64,000 nt of DNA from Paraspadella gotoi (Eukaryota; Animalia; Chaetognatha). Position numbers and translations under genes: made by a program. Under the pieces are notes generated by a model, which saw nothing but the letters and a program-made list of their open reading frames with translations, ran no database searches and was not told where the DNA came from. The stretch spans positions 11,571,130 through 11,635,129 of the forward strand of contig CM119263.1 in the NCBI GenBank assembly GCA_051294375.1, given 5' to 3'. Positions 16,801 through 29,123 of this stretch are shown one piece after another (position 1 is the first letter of the stretch; each line of letters opens with the position of its first letter).

Positions 16801-19224
16801 AAAGTTCGAAATGCAAAATACAGGGAAAAATGAAAATTAACTGTAGGAAGGGGGATATGACTGGCGAAAAATTTATTATTAAATGCAATATATTTTTGAA
16901 AACTTCTGTATGCTTGTGAAAACAAAATATTATTGCGTCGACCTCTTATTTCATTGTTTTTGGTGTGTGATATATATTATTGTATTGCTTAAAAACGAAA
17001 GTAAATGACGCCGAAATTATTTTTACGTAAATTTTTAATATAAAAGTTAAGGTTCCAAGGCTCAAAGAAAAAATTGATATTGTAGCTAAGTCATCAGAAA
17101 TATTTTTCTGTCTATAAAAAACAGTTCGAAGCTTCGAAATGGTTTGTAGAACCTTGCCGCAGTTATATATTAGTTAAGTTATGTCACTTATTCATTCTTT
17201 CAGTGATTAATAGTAAATTCTTTAATATTTTTCGGTAGGAAAACAGTACAGCCAATATAAAATTTATCCGTTTATTAAATCAATAAGCTGTTATCGACCT
17301 TTTAATAAGGCCGTAACAACGCAGTGCGCTAACGCTTCATTTTCGAATGCAATGTTTCCGGATTCTAGGCCAAGTCGGAACACTATTTTGCCCCGGAGTT
17401 TTGACAGGCTTTTCGGGTTAAGGACTCCATATTTCATAACTATTACCTTTTACATAACAATACCTGCTTTCAATTAAGACTGTCTCGGGGTTCATATTAT
17501 CTCTTGCACATATTTAATTTCCGCTTCTGACACAGACTATGACATAGAAATTATTAAAACAATTTTGTTTGGCAGTATTATTTAAGGTTTATAATTGAAT
17601 GAAATGCAAATTATAGAAATGAAGCCTAAAGGAAATAGAGAATAATTCATAATTGAAAGGGGTTTTGCATCAAGATTTATTTTTTAAAAATAACCCAAAT
17701 TAACTTTTACGTCTCCCAAAAAGTAGAAAACTCTACTTACGTAATATAACCGGAAACTTTATTTATTTATAGTAGGAATTAAAATATATGTTATTCACTT
17801 CGTCGGTCTTTCAGTCGGCCAATATTTTTAGTCGGCCAACATCCTGGAACATTGAATTATGAAATATTATACAAAAATAAAACGATGTACGTCCGTAAGT
17901 CTCTTTGACCGTTGGTCGGTCCGTCCGTCCTCAGTTCCTTTTTTAATGATTGGATAGAACAGTTTAGCTGAAATTTTTTTGTGTTGGTAGAACAGTGGGT
18001 TAATAAACTGGAAAAATATTTTGATGGAATTTTGACAAGTGGAAAATAAATTAAACGAAAAAAAAATCACTTTTTTAATTTTACTATTAAATTTTATTCT
18101 TTTTTTCACTGTCATATGAAATGTCTAATTGTGTATGCAAGTTGCAACAACAACTACAATAATCATATTAATCACAAAAATACAATATCTACAATCACAG
18201 CAAGATCAATAACTATTATAACCATACCACTGATAGCTACTACATCGATTACGTATAACTATAACTATAACCACCGTCAAAACAAACATAATCCCTATAT
18301 AGCTACACAGCTATATATATAATATATAAACAATATATAGCTTTGTAGAAACCTTAAAGATGAAGTAATTAATGTAAGATGGATTGGAAAGGGTTTGGAT
18401 AAGGTCACGATCACCGCCACCAAACGTCGATTCTTTATTCCTGAATTATAACGAATCTGATATTATATTCTGCAGAACAACGCGTTAACCTCGTTACACG
18501 AGGGTTTAGTCAATGGTCACTGGTCACTGGTCACATTAAGATATTCTGTGTTTATGTTATTTAGTTATATTTCTAATATATAAAATATATACGTAAAAGT
18601 TAATTATTGCTTGAAACCGCTTATTACGGCTCGTTTCCACCCATTTTTTCCCCATGATCTGACCCTAAAAAACTGATAAACAAATTTAACCATCTTGAGT
18701 CGAATTTAAAGAAGTTGAATGGTCCATGGCTTGCTTTTTATTATTTTTTTCTTAAAATTTTCCGGTATTTCACTTGAGGAAACTAAATTTTTTTACCTGC
18801 AACTTTGATATAGGTAGATCTGGCTGAAGCCTTCGAAAAATCTTTATTTTTTCAATTAATTAAAAAATGAATAATTAACATTTTCTAATTTTTTTGTTTT
18901 GACAAATAAAGACCAAATAGAATTAAAATTGAAATTAAAATTTCTGGTAGAATGAATTCTCTAAATGTTCAAATGACTAGTAATAATTAATTTGAAGAAG
19001 TTCATATGGCTCAATATTGAACTTGATGATCACTTGTAACTTGTAAGAGGGAATTTTGTATAAAATAAAACGTTGAAGGCGTGCTGCTCTTTTGTAAATT
19101 TGCCTTTAATATTAGCGGACTCTTACGACCGTTTTTGACAACTTTGAGAATACTCAGATGAACAAAAGATATTTTTTTCGCCTTTCGAGCATGATAAGCT
19201 TTATCGTCATCGTCATCATCATCA

Positions 19225-19319
<95 letters not shown>

Positions 19320-22300
19320 ACTATCTCTTTTGGTTGTTTTTTGTTATCTTTTTAAACTTAAAGCGCCGTTCCCATGTTGTCCTTTTCCGAAATATTAAAA
19401 AAATGATTTGTATTAAGTTTATCGTGAAAAATTAATTATATTTAAACTTCAATTTTTAATTTTTTTTTTTTTAGATAATTAGATACATGAGAAATATGAT
19501 TGGCTCGATAAAAAAATTCGGGTACCATGACAACGTGACCAGAGACGAGTGACGCTGGAGGACCGGAAGTATCAGGCGGATAGGAAAGCCAGCAGACTGC
19601 ATCTGTACCTACTTATTAGGATAGCAATAAGGAATATCCAATGAGTTGTGTTACGGCGTTTGTTACGGAAAAGCTCAGATCCGCTTATTCCTCCGAAAAG
19701 TGGTAAAACCCTTTAAAAGCTAAATACAGAAAAGGTAGGAAAAAAATATGAAGAGAGACAGAAAGAGAGAGAGATTTCAATTGGTTTTAAAACTGCAGAA
19801 CAAACATATCATAAAGAGAATAAAAGCTTATAGAATATTAAGATTAAGATCTTTTTTATATGAAATTGGTATAACAATATAAAACTTATCCATTCATTTA
19901 ATAAATAAGCTATCTTGCCCCTGACTTTGGACAGGCTTTGGTAGTTTAAGGGCTCCATTACTCTTACAAGATATATACAAGATATATTTTAAACTTCTTT
20001 TGAAGATTTTTTACTTAAACCAGCAATACCACTGTTATATATGGTAGTCCACCAAGTATGAGAATAGAAAGCGAAAACCATTTTTAAAGATACATTCAAA
20101 AGGGTTTTCAATAGGGCAGATGAATGGTTTGAAAGGATGAAAAGAGGCGGAACCAAAACCATTTTGAATCACAATGAAGCACTTATTTTGGTCATTTTTT
20201 AAAAATTTACCTTAGAAGTGTTTCTTCGTCTGTGTAGTAAATTATAAAAATAATTATGACAATAATAATAATTATAATGATAATAGGGTTTATTTTATTT
20301 TATTATATATTATTATATTTTTTTTAATTTTAATTTTTTTAAATATATTTCTGATTATATGTGAATAATCTAAGCCACTTAAATAGCATATTTCGCCAAT
20401 TCTTTATCATGGCGGCTGTATTTAACCATTTATTTTTTTTTCGCTCTCATTGCTTGAAAATGGTTAAATATTCAGCGCTGAAGCTTCAAACGTATGTTAA
20501 CCCTTCTTTACCAAAAAATCCTTTCATCCCTCACTTCAGCATGCACGTCAAAGAAAAAGGGTTTTCTTTCTTTTCAAACTTTGCTCATTGAAACCTTTTC
20601 TCAGGAATTGAGTGAAAAAGTTTTTAAGTACAACAATAGCACAAAAAGTTCTCTGTCTGCCTGGGAGATTAAAGCCTTTCTTCTCCCAGACAAAATGGTT
20701 AACAAGCATTTTCCCACCCCAAGTATTCACTTAACCATTGAAATTTATTTTTCCTAAAATGGAATGAATCGCCATCAGCGTTTTCATCTATCAATCTGGA
20801 TTTCTAAAGAAAGCTATCAATGCTTTACTTTTTTAGGTTGAATGGTAAACCTAACAACTACATAAATGCTTTTCATTGCATTGATTTTTGTTTCCTTTTT
20901 ACCAAGTGCATATCGGGTTTAATTTTTACCCCTGGGAATGAAAACCATTTTCAGTCTCTATATAGCACTTTCTTTCCTTCTCATTGCATTATTCATCCAA
21001 AGATCCAAGATGGCGCAGGCTCACGGCGCCTCGAACTGGAACTTCGTGCCACGAGCTACTGCGTTGCGATAATGAATCTTAGCTCGTTCCAAAAAATTTG
21101 AAGGAAGTGCTGCTATCTCTCATTGCTACTAAACTCTTCGAAAGGCTAAGATAGTTCGTGCGAACGCTCACAGCGCTGAAACTTTTTTTTACGCTTGGAA
21201 TTTGTTTCGCTCTGGGTTGTATTTAATAGTAATATTGGCTTCTTTACGCTTCACTGGATTTTTAAAAACATTTTTTTGGCTTTATACAACAACACCCATC
21301 CAAAGGTAATTTTTTTGTATTCTTTGATAGATAAAAAACGTATTGTCCTTCATGAATTTAGTCTTTTCTGTCCTCAGTCTATCGCCAACTATTGTCTCTA
21401 CACCATTTTCTAAAGTTGAATGGTTCTACATACTTATTTTAAAGAGTAGAAAATTGTTTTATTCACAATTCCGTAAATTGTTATGAAATCGTCAGCGCTG
21501 GTTGTTCCGTGCCTTCCGAATATCTTTTGTGTATATTAAATATAGTTTTAAAAAATTAACGTCAAACTGTTCCATTTCAACAAAAAAATATAATAGTGCA
21601 AAATTTCCGTCCTTTTTAAAACTTAACTCGGTTTTAAATTTATTTTCATATTATTTTTAACAGGTTAAATATTATTTCCTCAAAATTCATGTTCACAATC
21701 TTCCCTGAACTTGTAAGCTAAATGTTTTGGAACAATAATAGTTAAAAATGAAACCCTATAAATTATAATTTTTAATTATTTTAATTTGTTAACTTTGTTA
21801 AATCTGTTAAATTTGTCATAATAATAAAGTGAATAACCAGTAATAATAACAAAAATAGTAAACTAATAATTATTGAAAAAATTTGATGTCACCGTATCAT
21901 AATTTAAACAGATGTTCTAAATTTTTTTCAGCGAATTGCATGAGATTATTTAAGACTTGCAATCCTATTAGTAATTTTCTTGTACAATAAAAAAATTAGG
22001 CGATAATAGTAAATAATTTTATATATGAAAATAAATATCAACATCGCAAACTTATCATAAAAATAATAAGTAACGCTATTTCAGCGTTGCATCTTTGATC
22101 GGATAGCGCGTATATTGTAAGTAACTTCTCTAAGAAAACCTAAGATTCAGCGCTGAAATTCAAGATGGCGCTCCATCCTTGATAACGCTTCTCAATGCTG
22201 CGTGTTAGAAAGAGCACGCTGAACATAATGTCTTTCATTAAGTGGCGTGCCTTTATTTGATATTGCAACTTCTCGAAGAAAACTGATGCTCAGATTCACT

Positions 22301-24084
22301 CTCAAACGCTTTTTTCTACCATTCAAAGTCCGAACATCTCTGGATCCACTTTAAGAAGAAGCCTTGCATAGTTTTTTTTATTTTTTAAGGCAAAAAAAAA
22401 AACCAAAACAAAAAACTAAAAAACTTCGATTACGTTTTTAGCGCTGAACATTTTAGGATGTAACAAATTTTCACAGGTACTTCTTTAATTTTTAGTACCA
22501 AAAATATAATTTTTAATTTCATTAATTTTTATTTATAACAGTTACACAAAAAAAACTTAGCATATAATTGATTGTACAGTTCAGCGGTGTATTTCAAAGA
22601 TATCAGTCAAAATATAAAAAAAAAATTAATTTGCTACATTATGCTCTATTTTTCAATATTATTTAAAAAAAAATAAAGTCCGTAGCTCTACGAAAATTCA
22701 TTTTACTTGTTGAAAATTGTAAGACTTTTTAAATAATTGTTAGAAAAAGATGGGAGTAAAGGAAAAAACGTTTCATGTTTGTTTACTTTTTGTTAGATAA
22801 ATTTCTCAATTTCAAATAATTTTTTTTACCGATTTTAATTTTAGAATCTGAAAGTTCATTTCAGTAAAATTATGGATAGGTCTATCTTATTCAAATTACA
22901 ACAATTTGTAATTAAAAAAAAAATTTTTAGTTTAATCACAATTTGCAACTATTTTTAATATTATCTTTTTACATGAATGACTGTCTCTTCAAGTCATACG
23001 ATTTGATAACTGTCAAGAGTTATATAGAAAGATTTTTATGAAAATCTATCCTGTACTAAAACTATTCCATTTGTTCTGTCAAAGTAAGCTGTCTTAAAAA
23101 AGACAAAATTCCAAAGGCAGTTCGGTAACTGTATTTAAACTTAATTTCTTTATCCTTCTGTATTCTAGTTATATCTCTAAATATGCTGTAAATCAACGAA
23201 ACAAGTGAGTGATAGAAAACAAGAGAAAGAAAAATAAATAAAAAGCGAAAGAATCTAAGCATAAAGAAATGTAAGCTAAAAGTAATTAAAGCAAAAAGCG
23301 CAATGAAACATTGGGAGCGCTAGAGACCGAGAAAATAAAATTCAAGATCAATAATACTTTGACCAGAAAACGGCGATGCACAACTCCTATAATTTTTAAA
23401 TCAAGTTTTACTATTGATGAATAAAATAATTAGGATGAATCTTTCTCACCTTTCAAACGTTTGTTGACACCGGTGACTCTCTAAATAGTTTCATAATATT
23501 TTTCATCCTCGATCGTTGCTAATTTTAAAAAATATAATATAATATAATATGATATAATATAATATAATATAATTTTTATTTAAATCATTACATGATCAAA
23601 AAGTTTAAAATATAAATTTTTTGGATAAGGTAAAGTACCTTTGAAAATAAAAATACAACTTTCACTCCTCTGTTTCTTGGAAAAGGCAGAACGGATAGAA
23701 TACTTCTCAACACTAGAATTTAACAGCCTTCATTTCATTACCCTTCAATCAAAATCATATTTTTTGATACATAATTGCGTTTGAGTGGTTAAATCGCATT
23801 TCCTTAACGTCGTGATATCAACTTTGTTTTGGAGGGATGTCGATGGTTTTCGGGGTCATGGTCGTTATCTCGAGATCAGACTGATTCATATCTCCCAGAT
23901 TTGTACATTGACGACAAACTAAAGCAGCTAAATTGAATCCGGTGTCGCAAAGGCTGACGTCGGTAAATTATAAGCATCCCTCGTCGGTACAGTGGTTACG
24001 GTGAATCAGACAAACTCGCTATGATTTTAATACGATTTTACTATGAGATCAAAAACGGCATATATACCGTCTCCTGATTATCGT

Positions 24085-24137
<53 letters not shown>

Positions 24138-27100
24138 TAGGAAATCTAATAGAATTATATTTTTTTTCTAATTTTTTCGTCAATAAATTACACAAATTTT
24201 TACTTTCATCATTATCCGAAATACATCTTTGAAACTTTGAATGATAATTTAAATAATATTTATATTTGGGAATTAATTCAAAGATTGGCACTTTGTACTT
24301 CGAAGTATTCCCGCTAGAATCTTTCATACAACGAGATTTTATTTTTCGCGAAACGCGCCGAACAAAAGGTCAACGTATAACTTTTCCTACCACAAACTGC
24401 TTGCAATTTATAGCCCTAAAATTTACCGTTTGAAAGATAACTGATAAATAAATCAAAAAAGGTTTGATTCATTTTATTTTAAAATAATAATGTTTCAAGT
24501 CATAATTTTGAAAAGATAAGATTATTCTTATTATTATCATGTTTTATATGAAAAATGGAAACTGAAAAAATCCTCTTCAAATTTTCCTGTTCCATATGTT
24601 TTGCCGTTGTGTTAGTTCTCGTCTTCATTGTAATATTAAAAGAAAATTTTTGAAGGGTTCTACGTATAATAATACATTTTTAAAAGCATTGAAAAATAAT
24701 TTGAAGCACTGCTTTCCCCTTATAAATCGGTATTTTTCTTTTTCAAGTTTTTATTGCATTGAGGCCCTCAAAATGTATCTTCAGTTTTGGGTTCAATGAA
24801 TTATTTTCGTTTTGAAACAGCTTTGTTATATACAGACAATCTACGATTTCTTCTAAAAATAGCAATTCAATTGAATCATCTAAGTACGTATATAAGAATT
24901 CTATTTGTGGTTTGGACACCTCGGCCAACAATTCCTTATATTTTTTTCCAGCTTTTCCACGTCCTCTTCCTTTTATCCTCTTCTTCCTCTATTTTTCTAT
25001 ATAGTGCTCTACAATTAATCCATCGAAAAAAAGGAAGTTGTGACGAAAAAGTTATAAGTTATATTGCAAGAATATATAATTTAAAAGTAAAAAAATTAAA
25101 GTGTATCATTTGTTTTACTTTTTTAAAATACTAAAATGTTTTCAAATACATATAACAAACTAACATATAGCAAATAAATAATATCTTAAATTACAATAAC
25201 AAACATGTTAAGTGAATAATAATTAATAAAATATATATTAATTAGTTATTTCTCAATTTTGGACTTGAGTACAAAGATCTCCACGCAAATTTTTTTTGGG
25301 GAAAAAAAATTCCTCTTTTTTTTTTGGAAAGCCCAACCCTGGCTAAGGGGCATGATTTCCATTGTATTTCCTGGCTCAATTTTTTTATGAAAACTTAAGC
25401 AGCTGCATTTGAAAAGAGACCCAAAAAATAATTTCAACTGGAGGATTTTTGGATCAAAGTACATAATGCCATTTTTTGTAACATTGTCTGATCTTTAAAA
25501 AATGACCCAAAAGCAGTGATGCAGTGATGAGGCTATGGTGGTGGTGGCATCATTGATCGTGGGCTACGCTGAAAGCCTTTACCTCCTCAGTTCCTCTTCC
25601 CCTCCCTTTCCTCATTCGGGTTTTAGTTTTGCCAAAATTTCTACATGCCAGCGTGTTGCAGCTGAATTTTTTTTACGCTTAACCAAATTTGCTCACAAAC
25701 GAAAAGCCTTATGTAAAAATATACATCATTTAAGTTTTTTTCTGAATAAAATTTTACCAAAAATGTTAGTAAGGTATGTTAATATTTTCAAACTGGTAGT
25801 CTTTCCAAATTTTTTATCATTAATTTTTTTTGCAGCCTTTGCAGATAGATTAATTTCTATTATATTATTTTAGGAGGAGAAAACGACTTGGAGGCGAAGG
25901 AGGAAGTGGTGGATCTACATCAATAAAACGTGGTTACACCGAAGAAGAATTGGCAGCAGCAGTGGCGGATATTTGTAGTGGCAAATTAGGGACTAGGCGA
26001 GCTGCAGTACTGTATGGTATACCAAGGTCAACATTACGAAATAAAGTCACCAAAATGGACATCCATGGTAAAAATAAAGCCGCTGCTGCTTCTTTTTCAA
26101 ATGTTAGCTCCACTCTCACGAATGGTATTGCAGTTCAGCCAAGCCCATGCCAGACAAAAACAGAACATGGATTAACACTGCCTAATATGTCAATTCAAAG
26201 TTCACTGTTACAACATCCAAATGTAAATGGCAATCCAATAGCAAACACCTCAAAACTTGGCATGCGTATAAATCCATCTGGACAAAATGAAGATATAAAT
26301 GGAATAGCAGATCAGCGCTGTCACCTTCACATTCCTTCTTCAAATATGACAACTCTACCTGCCTCCCCTTTAGTTGCCAGGTCTGTTTTTGGTTCAGGAG
26401 GAAAACGTGAGATGTCTGGGCCCATAAGGAATACATTGGGTGGTAACACGCTCATTAAGAACATAGGCAGCAGCGCTGCGAATGAAAACATAAGACCAGC
26501 AGGGGACATACATTCAGCGCTTGGGCCACCATTACCAGGACTGCATCCATGGTTTTCTAACTTTGGAATTGAAATGTTATCGAATATACCAAAGGGTTCT
26601 CAAAGTAAGCCTAACATAACAAACTTTAATGACCTGATACAACCTGCTCTATCTCAAAATCGGAATGACAGCTCACCTTCCAGCAACTCCATCAGCAGTG
26701 CAGCGCCTCCTCCTTCAGGCTCTTTTTCCCCTTCAGCAATGTCAGCAGCTGCTGTTACTGCTGACACAAATGCAGACGCTTCTTTTCCAGGAGGCAATAA
26801 TACTTTCCAAAGTCTTCTCTCTGCTGCCTCTACTCCGATGTCTTTTGCTCAAGCATTGGCTAGTGCTGCTGCCCAATATAATAGAGAACTGACCTTTGAG
26901 GCAAAACTTGAAGAATTACGCAGAAAGCATCCTGCTATGTTTGGCTTGCCTGATCCCGTGAGTGAAAGGTTATGTAGAGATGTTGATTTAGCTGTTTTAA
27001 ATCCTTTCCTTGGGCTGACACGGATGCCTCCTGACAATAATGATGTAAATAATATCAGAAAAGAACCAAATATACAAAATAAAGGCCCAGCAGATACGTC

Positions 27101-29123
27101 TACCACGGAGCAAAAACTGCCAAATATGTCAGACATAATTCGTCGTCTTGCAGAGGAAAGAATTTTGTCTCTGGAACGAGAAAGGTTTTCGACAATTTTG
27201 GCAGCTATGAACGCTACTAGAAATTCAGGGCCAAACCCTTTCCTCTCACAGTTGTATGCTGCCAACAGATTAGTCTTAGGTAACGACATCGAATCAAAGT
27301 TTCAAGCCATGAAATCATTACATTTTCCAATTTTTCCACCGGGTCTAGATGTAAAAGATGTTGAGCATATATCTGGTGGAAATTTAGCACAACTCAGTGA
27401 ATTATATGGAAATTGTTTTCAACAATCTCAACCGAACCGAAGCAGAAGTCATTCTCCAGAAGACACTACAGATACAAAACCAAATCAGGACCTATCTCCG
27501 AATTTAATTAACAAAACAAAAACTACATTTGGAGACTTGGTCAGAAATTCCCTACCAGAACATTTAACCACTAATTTAAATCTTAATTCTTTGGGAAACA
27601 ATAATAATTGTGATGATTGTCCGATAGTTTCTAAACGCAGTAAACCAGACTTTAATGATGACAGAGAAGAAACATCTAGTCAAAGATCTCAGGATAGTCT
27701 TAATGATTCTAACAATAAAGACTGTCAAAATCAAGAAAAATGTTCTGAGAGAAAGGATACTAATGGAAGTAGTGTCGGTGGTCAGACAAGCGGGAGTGAA
27801 AGTGACCAAAGTTCCACTGCAACTATTCAACAAAAACGGACAAGACCGAAACGTGGCCAGTATCGCAAATACAATACACAGCATTTGTTAGAAGCAGTTC
27901 GGGCAGTTCAAAGAGGAGAAATGAGTGTTCATAGAGCAGGCAGTTATTATGGAGTCCCACATTCAACTTTAGAATATAAAGTTAAAGAGAGACATCTTTT
28001 GAGACAAAAGAAAAAGGCTGAACAGCAACAGCACCAAGGTAGTGCAGCATCGCCATCTTCATTGTCCTCAACTAGTAGTAGCAAGTATGGTTGTACAAGC
28101 ACTGCTACTCCAGAAAGGTGTAATGGAAAAATATCCCCTGTGCAAGACTCTATCAATATCAAGCAGGATGTCCCTAATGATTTAAGTATCAGAAGTAGAA
28201 GTAGAGATAATATACAGGAATTACCTCCAAGTGGACATAACCTCAGCTCTCCAACACTCTCTTCATACCAACCATTTACATCTGGTTCTGGCGTTTGGAC
28301 TCCCTCTGCCATGGCTGCTGCTGCTGCTTCCCTGGCTAACAACGGGAGTCCAATACCGCCACTGTCCCCTGTTGGACTGACCACTGGCTGTCAAGGCTCA
28401 TTTAATCCTGCTCTTGCGGCTCCTGGACATGCAACTCTACAAGAGAGGGAAGGTCCCTCAGTATCTGACGAGTCTGCAGCAGGCATGGATTTAGATAGTT
28501 TCTGTAACACACCAAGCAGTTTTGCATTGAACACACCTGCTTCTCAGCTTTTGAGAAAGCTTCAACAAAGAGTAATTGAAAAAGAAAAGATTCAAAAACA
28601 GCTTGCATTAGCCATGATGAGCATGGTGCAGCAACATCATCAACCTCTGTCCTCTAATGTATCATTCAGTGCGCCAAGCAGTCCAGCGTTTGAGGACAGA
28701 TCTAGTAGCCCAAACTGCAATGGGACCCAAAACCTTTTATCAAACTCTGATGGTGCAAATCATCGGAACGAACCTCAATTTGACTGTAGACAATCGCCTA
28801 TAAATTCTTATGTTCCAGCGGGATGTGATCAAAATATTTCTAATTCCCGAGAATCCCATGACCCTAATGAGACTCAATCTCCTGCCCCTCCATTCAACAG
28901 AAGTCATTCGGAAAGTCCATGTGGACATGATGGACAACAAAGTAGAAGTGTGACTCCGACATCCCCGTTGCTAATTGGACCGCAAATGATTTCAAATGGA
29001 ACTCATACTCCAACAAGTCGAGAAGGATATGAAGCGCCACAAGTTCTGACAACTTCTTCAATAATTAATACACCTGCCAACTCTGTTTTGGCAGACTGTG
29101 AAGCCTTGATACCTCCACAGTAG
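12926..29123 (+). CDS. E93: E93/Eip93F/Mblk-1 (LCOR/LCORL family) pipsqueak-HTH transcription factor; exons 12926-13816, 13891-14200, 25874-29123; 5' end unresolved
   Basis: Two HTH_psq motifs: GYTEEELAAAVADICSGKLGTRRAAVLYGIPRSTLRNK and RPKRGQYRKYNTQHLLEAVRAVQRGEMSVHRAGSYYGVPHSTLEYKVKERH. CtBP-binding PLDLS at 13720-13734. GT-AG introns 13817-13890 (phase 1) and 14201-25873 (phase 2) keep the frame. First in-frame ATG within exon 12926 is at 13231. Confidence 0.85.
13891..14200 (+). CDS. E93: E93-like Pro/Ser-rich exon
   Basis: CTACAG acceptor and GTGAGT donor; phases match both neighbouring exons. Confidence 0.8.
19225..19312. repeat. (CT)n microsatellite
   Basis: Near-perfect CT run in the E93 intron. 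Confidence 0.9.
25874..29123 (+). CDS. E93: E93-like terminal exon containing both HTH_psq domains
   Basis: 3.25 kb open frame after a TTTTAG acceptor, carrying the diagnostic E93/Mblk-1 HTH motifs; TAG stop at 29121-29123. Confidence 0.95.

Noticed and set aside
23977-24030. tRNA/SINE-like start TCCCTCGTCGGTACAGTGGTTA
   Set aside because: A-box-like only; no B-box or cloverleaf follows.
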